Assembly (NCBI GenBank): GCA_015494585.1
Contig: WGAY01000031.1
Span: 1-63,393 of the forward strand
Direction: 5' to 3'
Source of the DNA: Candidatus Omnitrophota bacterium
GTDB taxonomy: Bacteria; Omnitrophota; Gorgyraeia; S143-82
DNA: 63,393 nucleotides
Below, one piece after another: positions 18,818-27,668 of this stretch (the first letter of the stretch is position 1; every line of letters begins with the position of its first letter). The translations under genes were made by a program, and so were the position numbers. The notes below the pieces were generated by a model, which saw nothing but the letters and a program-made list of their open reading frames with translations, ran no database searches and was not told where the DNA came from.

Positions 18818-20917
18818 TTAAATTTTAACAATACCTTCAGTAATAATATCTATACCTGGAGTTATCTCATTATAGGATACAACCGCCAGATAAGGTAGTG
18901 TCCTCTCTATAAAACGCCGCAAATAGGGTCTTATTTGCGGATTTACCAACAGAACTGCATTTACCCCCTTATTCATAACTACTTCGTATTGTTTAGAAAT
19001 TTCTGCTATAAGCCTTTGGCTCAGATCCGGAGGTAGCAAGAGATAACTTTCAAATTCACTGCGCTGAACAGAACTCTTTATTTTTTCCTCTAGATCAGGT
19101 GCTAAAGTTATACAGTGCACCTTCCCATCCTCTTCTAGGTAGATATGCGTTATAGTTCTGGCCAAGGCAAATCTAACATATTCCGTCAACACATCTATAT
19201 CCTTTATTTTAGAACCATAATCTCCCAATGTCTCCAGGATAGTAACCATATCTTTTATTGGGATCCTCTCCCTTAATAGATTCTGTAAGACTTTCTGTAC
19301 CTCGGAAAGAGAGAGCACCGCAGGTACAACCTCATCCACTACAGCAGCATATTTCTTTTTAACGGCATCGAGCAAATCTTTCACTGTCTGGCGAGTCAAT
19401 ATCTCATAAGAATACCTCTTTATAGTCTCAGCAAGATGGGTAGTAATAACCGTACTAACATCCACCACCGTATATCCATTTCTCTCAGCATTCGGGACTT
19501 CATCCTGAGTTATCCAATAAGCTGGCAGATTAAAGGTCGGCTCAATCGTTGGTTCACCATTAACCATGTGTCCGGCAGTGCCTGGATTCATTGCCAGAAA
19601 ATATCCAGGCTTGACCTCTCCTTTCGCAACTTCAACTCCTTTTAACTTTATCAGATACTCATTTGCACCTATATGCATATTATCTCTAACCCGTACCGGC
19701 GGCACTATAATCCCAAACTCTTGGCCTAATTGCCTTCGTATAGTAGTAATCCTGGAAAGCAAATCCCCTCCTCTGTTTTCATCAGCAAGAGGTATCAACC
19801 CATATCCTATATCCAACTCAAGCATATCCGTCTCGATTATATCATCATAGCCCTGTTCTGTCCTCTCTGTCTGAACCTCCTGGGATTGGGTCTGCCCACC
19901 AGAAGCTGATCCTGCAGGTTCAGTAACCCCAACACCCGCCTCCAGGGCCAGATCCTGCTTCTGCTGAAGGATAAGAGAACCAATAAACCCTACAGAGGCC
20001 GCCATCAACAGGAAAGGGACCTTAGGCAAGCCAGGGATGATAGCAAAAAACAATAGCAATCCAGCTGCAATAAAGATCGCACGAGGAGAGGAAAACAATT
20101 GCATTGCCACTTCCATCCCCATATTTTTCTCCGAAGCAGCGCGGCTTACAATAATACCTGCAGCAGTGGATATAAGCAATGCAGGTATCTGACTCACCAA
20201 ACCATCCCCAACCGTAAGTAACGTATAAACCCGCGCCGCATCCATAGGGATCATGTGTTTCTGAAAGATACCTATCACGAACCCGCCAATGATATTAATC
20301 AAGGTAATAATAACACCGGCTATAGCATCTCCACGAACGAACTTACTAGCACCATCCATTGCGCCGTAAAAATCGGCCTCCTGGCTTATCCTCTGACGCC
20401 TGCGCATAGCCTCTTTCTCATCTATCAATCCCGCATTAAGGTCGGCATCTATGGCCATCTGTTTACCAGGCATAGCATCAAGAGTAAATCGCGCAGCGAC
20501 CTCTGCAATTCTCTGGGCACCTTTGGTGATTACAACAAACTGTATCACAACCAAAATACAGAACACAACAATGCCCACTACATAATTGCCACCTACTACA
20601 AAGTTCCCAAAGGCCTTTATGACCTTGCCGTCAAAGGCATTTCCCTGGAGTAAAATCAACCTAGTAGATGCCACATTCAAGGATAGACGGAATAAGGTAG
20701 CCACTAATAACAGAGATGGAAAGGAAGAGAAGTCAAGTGCTTCTTTAGTATATATAGAAACCAGCAATATAATCACCGAAAGGGAGATATTCAGGGTAAG
20801 AAACAGGTCCAACAGAAAGAAGGGCAAAGGCACGACCATTACGATAATCATACCTATAATGGCCAGGGCAAAGATTATATCGCTGTTTTTAAAAAAACTA
20901 TTCAACCTCTCCGGCAT
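18818..20917 (-). CDS. flhA: flagellar export gate protein FlhA
   Basis: 699 aa with an FHIPEP N-terminal TM domain (FPSLLLVATLFRLSLNVASTRLIL) and a cytoplasmic C-domain. Confidence 0.95.
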   Translation of the reverse strand: MPERLNSFFKNSDIIFALAIIGMIIVMVVPLPFFLLDLFLTLNISLSVIILLVSIYTKEALDFSSFPSLLLVATLFRLSLNVASTRLILLQGNAFDGKVIKAFGNFVVGGNYVVGIVVFCILVVIQFVVITKGAQRIAEVAARFTLDAMPGKQMAIDADLNAGLIDEKEAMRRRQRISQEADFYGAMDGASKFVRGDAIAGVIITLINIIGGFVIGIFQKHMIPMDAARVYTLLTVGDGLVSQIPALLISTAAGIIVSRAASEKNMGMEVAMQLFSSPRAIFIAAGLLLFFAIIPGLPKVPFLLMAASVGFIGSLILQQKQDLALEAGVGVTEPAGSASGGQTQSQEVQTERTEQGYDDIIETDMLELDIGYGLIPLADENRGGDLLSRITTIRRQLGQEFGIIVPPVRVRDNMHIGANEYLIKLKGVEVAKGEVKPGYFLAMNPGTAGHMVNGEPTIEPTFNLPAYWITQDEVPNAERNGYTVVDVSTVITTHLAETIKRYSYEILTRQTVKDLLDAVKKKYAAVVDEVVPAVLSLSEVQKVLQNLLRERIPIKDMVTILETLGDYGSKIKDIDVLTEYVRFALARTITHIYLEEDGKVHCITLAPDLEEKIKSSVQRSEFESYLLLPPDLSQRLIAEISKQYEVVMNKGVNAVLLVNPQIRPYLRRFIERTLPYLAVVSYNEITPGIDIITEGIVKI

Positions 20918-20918
20918 C

Positions 20919-21980
20919 TCAAATTACCCTGTTCTTCAATCTATACACATAAGCCAACACTTCTGCCACTGCCTTGTAAAGGCTCTCTGGTATGGTTTCT
21001 CCCACATCTACCGTTTTGTAGATTGCCCGTGCAAGCACCGGGTTTTCCACTATCGGTACGTTATGTTCCATGGCAATCTCTTTTATCCTTTCGGCCAGAA
21101 GGCGCATTCCTTTAGCAACCACCACTGGGGCAGTATTTTTCTCGGGTTCATACTTTACTGCAACTGCCACATGTGTAGGGTTAGTAATAACTACATCCGC
21201 GCTTTCAACCTCCTTCATCATCCGTTGCTTGGCAAGTTCCCTTTGAACCCTCCTTATCCTCGCTTTTATATGTGGGTCTCCCTCCATCTGCTTGAGTTCT
21301 TCCTTTATTTCTTCCTTTGTCATTCGTAAAGACTTTTCATATTCCCAACGGTTATAGGCGTAATCCATCACTGCAAGGACAAATAAAAATAATAGAATCT
21401 TAAGCGCTACTTTATAAAGTAAATTTGCCCAAAATACCACACTCTGTCCCAATGGTGTATCCACCAGCAGGACAAAGTCTTTCAATTGTCCCCTCAATGT
21501 AGAATATATAATCCACGCAACTACCAGTACCTTAAAAAGATTTATCAGCGTCTGAATAAACAGCCTACTAGAAAACAACCTCTTTGCACCCTCAACGGGA
21601 TTCAGTCGCTCCCACTTCGGGATCAAAGGATACCCTGTAAACAATACCCCCACCTGCAGGATATTTACAGCCAGGCCCAATATAAGCATCATCAAAAAGA
21701 TTGGCCCCAACATTTTTATTATATACAAAAACAATTTCATTGTATAGGGATAAACCATACCCATATCTATTTTTATAGAAAAGTCCTGCCAAGCAAGCCA
21801 AAATAATAATTTCAATTGGCGCAGTAGTACAGGAAAATAAAACCGCAGAAAAAGGACTGCTCCCAACAGGATCAAAACACCGTTTAGATCCGCGCTCCTT
21901 GCTACCTGTCCCCTTTCCCTGGCCTGCTGCCTACGCCGTGGGGTTGCGGCCTCTGTTCTATCCTCATTATTCTCAGGCAT
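20919..21980 (-). CDS. flhB: flagellar export switch protein FlhB
   Basis: N-terminus EDRTEAATPRRRQQARERGQVARS. The NPTH autocleavage site is present (VVITNPTHVAVAV). Confidence 0.95.
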   Translation of the reverse strand: MPENNEDRTEAATPRRRQQARERGQVARSADLNGVLILLGAVLFLRFYFPVLLRQLKLLFWLAWQDFSIKIDMGMVYPYTMKLFLYIIKMLGPIFLMMLILGLAVNILQVGVLFTGYPLIPKWERLNPVEGAKRLFSSRLFIQTLINLFKVLVVAWIIYSTLRGQLKDFVLLVDTPLGQSVVFWANLLYKVALKILLFLFVLAVMDYAYNRWEYEKSLRMTKEEIKEELKQMEGDPHIKARIRRVQRELAKQRMMKEVESADVVITNPTHVAVAVKYEPEKNTAPVVVAKGMRLLAERIKEIAMEHNVPIVENPVLARAIYKTVDVGETIPESLYKAVAEVLAYVYRLKNRVI

Positions 21981-21984
21981 ATCC

Positions 21985-22770
21985 CTATCCCTGGATAAAG
22001 CCCATAACCAAGTCCATATGGTGCAGAAGGAGACTATACGAAAGCCTGGCTACTAAAGGCATCATCGCTATAAGTACTAGAAACCCAACCAGAATCTGCA
22101 AGGGAATACCTACAATAAAGATATTCATCTGAGGAATTAGCCGTGTTATCAGGCCTAATGACACCATAACAAATAGAAGGGTAAAGATTATCGGCGAGCC
22201 TATCTGGACGCTAACTACAAAGAGGGTCGAAAATATACGATTGATATCCATAACCTTTAATGCGTCAACGGAAAACTGCAAAAACAGTGGGATTCGATGA
22301 AAACTTTCGACAATGGCTCTTATCAAAACTAGATGCATATTAGAAACAAAAAATACCATCATCGCCGCCCAAAACAACAGAGAACTTACAATCGACTGGC
22401 GGTTCATAGTGGAAGGATCAAATACGTTTGCAATTGCCAATCCCATCTGATAACCCGCGACCTGACCGGCAAGGGAGAAACCCGAAAATACAAGAGTTAT
22501 CATAAATCCAATCGTCAACCCTAAGACGAATTCCATTGATGAGTAAAAGGCCAATATAAATGGACTAGTTACCGCAAAAGCCGGAACCTTAAGAAACGGA
22601 AAAATGATAAACGTCAACATTAGGGCAAGCATAATCCTTATTTGAAAGGGAATCGATCTATCTCCAAAGAAAGGTGCCGCAGAAAAGAAACCAAATATAC
22701 GCAAAAACACCAAAAAGAAATAGACAAAGACTGCAAAAGGGTAATCGAGAAAACTAAACATGGACAACAT
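21985..22770 (-). CDS. fliR: flagellar export apparatus protein FliR
   Basis: 261-aa polytopic membrane protein in the fliQ-fliR-flhB position. Confidence 0.9.
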   Translation of the reverse strand: MLSMFSFLDYPFAVFVYFFLVFLRIFGFFSAAPFFGDRSIPFQIRIMLALMLTFIIFPFLKVPAFAVTSPFILAFYSSMEFVLGLTIGFMITLVFSGFSLAGQVAGYQMGLAIANVFDPSTMNRQSIVSSLLFWAAMMVFFVSNMHLVLIRAIVESFHRIPLFLQFSVDALKVMDINRIFSTLFVVSVQIGSPIIFTLLFVMVSLGLITRLIPQMNIFIVGIPLQILVGFLVLIAMMPLVARLSYSLLLHHMDLVMGFIQG

Positions 22771-23026
22771 CCGGTATCATTGCGAATAACCCTGTACTAA
22801 AATTCACCAATACCCTCAAAAACCAAGGGAGTAATATGGCGAAGATAACCATTGCAACCAATATCTTAGGCACAAAGGTAATCGTCATTTCATGGATTTG
22901 GGTTACTGCCTGAAATATACTGATAAAAAGCCCTATTATCAAACTCCCTATCAAAATAGGTCCGGCTATCAAAAAACCAACCCACAGACCTTGTCTCAAC
23001 AATTCCACCGCCAGATCCAAGGACAT
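22754..23026 (-). CDS. fliQ: flagellar export apparatus protein FliQ
   Basis: 90 aa with two TMs. GPILIGSLIIGLFISIFQAVTQIHEMTITFVPK is FliQ-typical. Confidence 0.9.
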   Translation of the reverse strand: MSLDLAVELLRQGLWVGFLIAGPILIGSLIIGLFISIFQAVTQIHEMTITFVPKILVAMVIFAILLPWFLRVLVNFSTGLFAMIPDVVHV

Positions 23027-23047
23027 AAAACCAGCTCCTTTTTAATC

Positions 23048-23404
23048 CTATTGATCATTTGCTACAGACTGGGTATCTATTATCTCCGTAATCCTAACCC
23101 CAAAATTTTCTTCTATAACCACTACCTCACCCCTGGCAACTAGCTTATTATTTACGAGAATATCGACTGGATCGCCTGCCAGTTTATCCAGCTCTATTAC
23201 TGCACCCGGTCCCAAATTCAAGACCTCCCTCAGTGGCATAACCGTTCTACCTAGCTCTATAACCACATCTAGGGCCACATCCATAAGCAGGTCTATATTT
23301 TTTATTGGCGTAACCACATCTCCCTTAACATCTTCTAGATTTGCTGTCTTGACATCTGGTTTCTGTGCCTCCTCTGCCATAATCTCTCCTTTCTTAAAAG
23401 ACAA
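23048..23404 (-). CDS. fliN: flagellar motor switch protein FliN
   Basis: C-terminal SpoA domain: [62 protein letters not shown]. Confidence 0.9.
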   Translation of the reverse strand: MSFKKGEIMAEEAQKPDVKTANLEDVKGDVVTPIKNIDLLMDVALDVVIELGRTVMPLREVLNLGPGAVIELDKLAGDPVDILVNNKLVARGEVVVIEENFGVRITEIIDTQSVANDQ

Positions 23405-24269
23405 CTCTATCTAACACCTTAACCGCAAGCTTATCATCACACCGCCCCAACTTTCCTTTAAATATGGGCTTATTATTTATCCAAACCATCACCTTATCCT
23501 GTACTGGCACCCTCGTATCTATAATATCACCCTTTTTCAAGGACAGAATCTGCTGTAGTCCCAAAACAAAGCCGGGAAAACCCACAATCAAAGGCATCTC
23601 TATATCCATAACCCCTTTTTCCCCTATCCTTCCCCCGCCTGCAACCCCCATCTTCATCATATGTTCTGCACTGAGCTTTGGTAAAAGCTCCTCCAGAGAT
23701 ATAAAAGAAACTACACTATCTATTTTCCCTTCTACATCATTAAACTGTGCTGTATATTCACACAAAAGCACGGATTCATTAGGCGAAAAACTCTGGATAA
23801 ACTGGGCATTTGTCTCTATCTCTTCAACTTTTGGATCCAATTTTATTAATGCATGCCAAGTCTCACGCACTGCTTGAAGCAAGACATTGAACAATCTGCG
23901 TATTAACATCTGCTCTAGATCTGTAAATTCCCTAATTTTATTAGGCTTCCTCCCCTGGCCACCCAACAGCCTATCAACCAGGGCAAAGATAAAATCAGGA
24001 GAGATAAACACTACCATGTTACCTGTCAATGGAGATATATCTAAAACCCCTATACAGGAAAATTCAGCCCACGATGCAGAAACCTCACTAAAGACTGCCT
24101 GGGAAACGTTGACAAGCTTTACCTGAACCACGCTGCGCAACATGGCAGACCACTCTACTGTAGTGATTCTAGCAAAATTCTCGTGGAGTATCTGAAGATT
24201 TCTTAGCTGGTCCTTTGAAATCTTTTCCGGCTTATTAAAATCATATGTTTTTACTTCCTTTGTAATCAA
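23394..24269 (-). CDS. fliM: flagellar motor switch protein FliM (N-terminally short)
   Basis: [29 protein letters not shown] is the conserved FliM segment. The protein starts only 6 residues before it. Confidence 0.9.
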   Translation of the reverse strand: MITKEVKTYDFNKPEKISKDQLRNLQILHENFARITTVEWSAMLRSVVQVKLVNVSQAVFSEVSASWAEFSCIGVLDISPLTGNMVVFISPDFIFALVDRLLGGQGRKPNKIREFTDLEQMLIRRLFNVLLQAVRETWHALIKLDPKVEEIETNAQFIQSFSPNESVLLCEYTAQFNDVEGKIDSVVSFISLEELLPKLSAEHMMKMGVAGGGRIGEKGVMDIEMPLIVGFPGFVLGLQQILSLKKGDIIDTRVPVQDKVMVWINNKPIFKGKLGRCDDKLAVKVLDRVVF

Positions 24270-24278
24270 CTCTCCTTC

Positions 24279-24767
24279 TCACTGGATAACAAAATCTGAA
24301 AAGAAAACCCTTGTAACCTTGCCCTTGCTCAAAACTTCATTAACCTTGTCTATTATTTCCTGTTTTAATCTATCTTTCCCTGACAAGGTTGTTACCTCAT
24401 CCAATGTTTTGCTCGAAAAGATCGTTATCAGAATATCCTTTATTTGAGGCAATTTTTCAGTTATCTCGTTTTGAACTTCTTCTGACTCAACCTCAAAGAC
24501 AGGTGTAACTTTCAAATACCTCTCGGCATTTGTTTCTGCAAGATTAACAATAAAGGAATCTTCAAACTGATAAAAGACTTTTGGTTTTTCCTCTTTTTTC
24601 TTGACTTCCTCCTGGGTCTCTGTGTTTTGAGCCTTATTACCAGAGGCCACAAAGAAGAAAAAACCACCACCTGCAACCGCCAACAGTATCACTGCTACCA
24701 ATATTAATATGATAGGATTCAATCCCTTTTTCGCATCAGAGGCGTCTTTTACTTCAGGATCTGCCAT
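24279..24767 (-). CDS. fliL: flagellar basal-body-associated protein FliL
   Basis: Single N-terminal TM, then FYQFEDSFIVNLAETNAERYLKV... Sits in the position upstream of fliM. Confidence 0.85.
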   Translation of the reverse strand: MADPEVKDASDAKKGLNPIILILVAVILLAVAGGGFFFFVASGNKAQNTETQEEVKKKEEKPKVFYQFEDSFIVNLAETNAERYLKVTPVFEVESEEVQNEITEKLPQIKDILITIFSSKTLDEVTTLSGKDRLKQEIIDKVNEVLSKGKVTRVFFSDFVIQ

Positions 24768-24779
24768 AACTTGCCCCCC

Positions 24780-25442
24780 TTATAGAATATCCTTTAACCG
24801 CAATACAATCTCCACTCGCACGGCCTTATTCAAATCAGGTGATGTCTTCGCTTCAGGATACAGATGTACAAAAGGCACCCCATTCTTGTGCAAATAATCC
24901 ATTACTGTCCGCGCCCTCTCAAAGGCCTTTTCCCAGTTGGTATGTCTGTCAAAACCACCTGCAACCCCTAAGATAGTTATACCATACGGTGTATCAAAAT
25001 ACAATGCCAACATTCTCTCCAGGAACGACTTTGCCTTATCACTTATGCCCTGATTGTCTTTAAAAAACAATGCCTCAGGAAAGGATATATGGAGACGTCC
25101 AAGCGAATCATATTGCACCCTTACAGGCTGGGTCGGTTTTTGTGGGGTTTGCACTATCTCCATTCCTTGGAGGTCTTCCATCTTTAACTTCTTTATCACC
25201 TGCATAATCTTAAGTTCCACAACATCTGGTTTTACGACAATCGAGCCACCTCCATCAAGGAGTCCAGCTCCTCCCTCTCCAAAACTACCAAAGGCCGATT
25301 TAATAGAAGTAATCACCTCGTTCATCTTCTTATCCTGCTGCTGCGTCCCCATACTGGTAAGCAGGATAAAGAAAGTCATAAGCAGCGTCATAAGCAGACC
25401 ATAAAGCATCATATAACCCGGGGCACTCGGTTCATCCCCCAT
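24780..25442 (-). CDS. MotB-like paralog lacking the conserved TM aspartate, with a degenerate OmpA-like C-terminus
   Basis: The TM segment PGYMMLYGLLMTLLMTFFILL aligns with MotB YADFMTAMMAFF but has Leu at the Asp position. The C-terminus (TNWEKAFERARTVMDYL...AVRVEIVL) is only OmpA-like. Confidence 0.6.
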   Translation of the reverse strand: MGDEPSAPGYMMLYGLLMTLLMTFFILLTSMGTQQQDKKMNEVITSIKSAFGSFGEGGAGLLDGGGSIVVKPDVVELKIMQVIKKLKMEDLQGMEIVQTPQKPTQPVRVQYDSLGRLHISFPEALFFKDNQGISDKAKSFLERMLALYFDTPYGITILGVAGGFDRHTNWEKAFERARTVMDYLHKNGVPFVHLYPEAKTSPDLNKAVRVEIVLRLKDIL

Positions 25443-25504
25443 ATCGATATCCTCCTACTTTAAATCAGTTACCCACTGGAAGCCCTTATCTCTTCTTTTA
25501 TAAA

Positions 25505-25660
25505 CCTCAACCGTCAAACCTCAAAAGTCAAAACCACAGCTTAAATCTTAAGAATGAAGAATGTAGCATGGAGAATGGAGGAATTTTTTTACTAAGAAAG
25601 AGAAATATTCTAGTAAATAAGAATCCTCCATGCTTCATTTTCCCTTCTACATTTTCAATT
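25505..25660. repeat. divergent or partial copy of the 7-mer-array repeat family, plus a local hairpin
   Basis: cctcaaaagtcaaaaccacagcttaaatctta matches the A-rich arm of the copies at 27471 and 37880. atggagga (25574-25581) can pair with tcctccat (25624-25631). Confidence 0.4.
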
Positions 25661-25668
25661 TTAATAGA

Positions 25669-26442
25669 TCAAATATGCGAATAATCCGGAGTCCTGCCCA
25701 CTATTATTAATTCAACCCGCCGGTTCTTTCTCCTATTTTCAGGGGTATCATTCGGCGCAATAGGCTTTAAATCCGCTAAACCTGCCACTGATATACGAGA
25801 CTCTGGCAAGCCATTAGCTATCAGGAAATCCGCCACTGCCATTGCCCTGGCCAGAGAAAGATCAAAATTATCCCGGTACTTGCCACCAAATCGCAGAGGG
25901 ATATTATCCGTATGCCCTTCTATCACCACAGGGTTCTCCACATACATAAGTACAGGGAGAATCTTTTTCAAAAGGGCCTTTGCCTCTTCGGATAATTTTT
26001 CTCCCCCCTTTTTAAATAGAAGCTCATTATTGATCCTGATAGAATAACCCCTTTCTATCTTGCTGAAATTTATCGCCTTATATATTCCTTCGCTCTTTAT
26101 ATACCCTTTCAGTACCATCAACTTAGTCAAAACCTTTTGCTGTTCTCTGAAGGTCAATGCTCTGTTATTCCGTACTAATATCTTAGTTATCTGGCGCAAT
26201 TTCTCTAAACCTGATCCTTCTCCAGAAAGTCCCATCCCGCCAAATCGGAGAGATACAGATCCAATAAAACCTCCCACCTTGAGCTCATCAAACGATGTAA
26301 AAGAAACCAACATTACAAAGAAAGTCAGCAACAAGGACATAGCATCCCCAAAGGTAAGCATCCAGAAAGGACAGGTAGGCATATCGTCTTCTGGATCAGG
26401 AGGGGGTGCCTTTTTTTCCTTTTTATCCAATGGCATAGCCAT
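25669..26442 (-). CDS. motB: flagellar stator protein MotB
   Basis: The TM segment FWMLTFGDAMSLLLTFFVML has the conserved Asp. The OmpA-like C-terminus reads IEGHTDNIPL...NFDLSLARAMAVADFL...NRRVELII. Confidence 0.9.
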   Translation of the reverse strand: MAMPLDKKEKKAPPPDPEDDMPTCPFWMLTFGDAMSLLLTFFVMLVSFTSFDELKVGGFIGSVSLRFGGMGLSGEGSGLEKLRQITKILVRNNRALTFREQQKVLTKLMVLKGYIKSEGIYKAINFSKIERGYSIRINNELLFKKGGEKLSEEAKALLKKILPVLMYVENPVVIEGHTDNIPLRFGGKYRDNFDLSLARAMAVADFLIANGLPESRISVAGLADLKPIAPNDTPENRRKNRRVELIIVGRTPDYSHI

Positions 26443-26476
26443 TCCTTCCCGCTTACGACACGGCAGCTAGTAGCAT

Positions 26477-27238
26477 CTATTCAGAAGAAACCTCTGCCCT
26501 CTCAGCCGGTGGCAAGTATGTTTTCAACTTCTCCTCAACTACCCTGGGATTATCTCCAGATTGAATAGAAAGTATTCCATTCATTATTATATCCATCTGA
26601 AGCTTCTCCTGCTGAGCCCTATACTTCAATTTCGCCGCCAGGGGCAGAAAGATAAGATTTGCCAGAACCGCTCCATAGAACGTAGTAATCAACGCCACTG
26701 CCATACTTCCACCAATACTGGATGGGTCTTGGAGATTTTGGAGCATCTGAACCAATCCAATCAATGTCCCTATCATACCAAAAGCAGGGGCATAATTGGC
26801 CATATTGGAAAACATCCCTGCCCCTAACTGGTGCCTTTCTTCCATTTTTTCTATCTCGGTAGTCAAGACTGCCTCAATAACCTCTGGAGGGTTACCATCG
26901 ATGGCCAACTGCAGGCCCTTTTTGAAGAAAGGATCCTCAATAGATTGCGAGGCCTCCTCTAATGCAAGGATCCCATCCCTTCTTGCCCTGGTAGCAAAGT
27001 CTATTAAAGTCTTTATAATCTCTGTATCTTTTGGCAGGGAAAAGAACATCGTCTTCATCAAGACCTTGGATATACCAAGTACCCTATCCAATGGATAACT
27101 GATTACCGTAGCGGCTATAGTCCCTCCTATAACTATCAACATAGAGGGAATATCAATAAAGGCAGGGATAGAACTGCCCATAGCAGCCAGGATAAGAATA
27201 AATCCTAAAGCCAAGCCACCTGGTGTACTTACGTCCAT
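26477..27238 (-). CDS. motA: flagellar stator protein MotA
   Basis: MotA/TolQ/ExbB channel family (APAFGMIGTLIGLVQML...ALITTFYGAVLANLIFLP). Confidence 0.9.
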   Translation of the reverse strand: MDVSTPGGLALGFILILAAMGSSIPAFIDIPSMLIVIGGTIAATVISYPLDRVLGISKVLMKTMFFSLPKDTEIIKTLIDFATRARRDGILALEEASQSIEDPFFKKGLQLAIDGNPPEVIEAVLTTEIEKMEERHQLGAGMFSNMANYAPAFGMIGTLIGLVQMLQNLQDPSSIGGSMAVALITTFYGAVLANLIFLPLAAKLKYRAQQEKLQMDIIMNGILSIQSGDNPRVVEEKLKTYLPPAERAEVSSE

Positions 27239-27247
27239 ATCTCCCCC

Positions 27248-27445
27248 TTAACCCAACCAGATCAAACTGTTTACCAATCTCTTATAAGTTATCACTTTCT
27301 CAACCACATCTTCAACCTTTTCTTTAACTATTAACTTTTCACCATTAACAAAAGAAATCACCGTATCTGGCGTGGTTTCTATTGTCTTTATTAATTCCGC
27401 ATTTACGACTATTTTATTATCATTCAACAATGTCAACAAAATCAT
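27248..27445 (-). CDS. flbD: flagellar protein FlbD
   Basis: MILLTLLNDNKIVVNAELIKTIETTPDTVISFVNGEKLIVKE is a typical FlbD sequence. The gene is directly upstream of motA. Confidence 0.85.
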   Translation of the reverse strand: MILLTLLNDNKIVVNAELIKTIETTPDTVISFVNGEKLIVKEKVEDVVEKVITYKRLVNSLIWLG

Positions 27446-27459
27446 AATAATTTAACCCA

Positions 27460-27668
27460 ATCCAAATACAGCTCAAAAGTCAAATCTCAAAACCACAACC
27501 TAAAACTTCAATCTTTATTTTTCCCCTTTTTTTCCTTTTATCGTCATCTAATCCCTCAATTGTCCCAACTCATTCTTGCTTTATTTAACTCCTCTCCCTT
27601 TACCTCAAAAACAGTTTTTAGCTTTTAGTTGTAGTTTTGACTTTTTAGTTTTTAGTTTTTAGTTAAAA
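27460..27668. repeat. structured intergenic repeat, copy A (inverted 7-mer arrays around a conserved core)
   Basis: The A-rich arm (27471-27508) and T-rich arm (27612-27664) are inverted degenerate (CTAAAAA)n arrays. The core carries ttatcgtca. Homologous copies lie at 37806-38090 and 54260-54633. Confidence 0.7.

Noticed and set aside
20586-21329. Long plus-strand ORFs antisense to flagellar and other genes. These include 20586-21329 (247 aa), 36792-37313, 51826-52344, 58646-59329 and 16296-16733, plus the minus-strand ORF 53208-53693 opposite the plus-strand neuC-like and PIG-L genes.
   Set aside because: Each lies entirely opposite a confidently identified gene. They have low-complexity, Ser/Pro/Leu/Ile-rich composition, no recognisable motifs and no SD. 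They are typical shadow ORFs.
23027-23047. A possibly hidden, frameshifted or fused fliP between fliN and fliQ.
   Set aside because: Only 21 nt separate the genes. Neither FliN (118 aa) nor FliQ (90 aa) has extra length that could hold FliP sequence. The absence is reported as a finding instead.
27533-27545. The conserved repeat core tgacgataa (minus strand), considered as a sigma-28 -10 element (GCCGATAA-like).
   Set aside because: No TAAA-type -35 lies at the required 11-nt spacing in any copy. The motif is a 6/8 match only, and the corresponding sequence in copy B (cttcgatag) is not conserved.
27500-27570. Short basic peptide ORFs inside the repeat cores. Copy A (minus strand) gives MTIKGKKRGKIKIEVLGCGFEI, and copy C gives a similar (L)TIRNAREKKSFKAFRCGF.
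   Set aside because: The similarity follows directly from the nucleotide conservation of the repeat. Copy B has a stop in the equivalent frame, the copy C version starts with TTG and has no SD, and the ORFs run into the hairpin arms.
27612-27668. Tandem tttttag/ctaaaaa 7-mers, considered as a possible CRISPR array or other spacer-repeat array.
   Set aside because: The units are 7 nt with no spacers, and the arrays are short and occur as inverted arms of a larger element. No cas genes are in the window.
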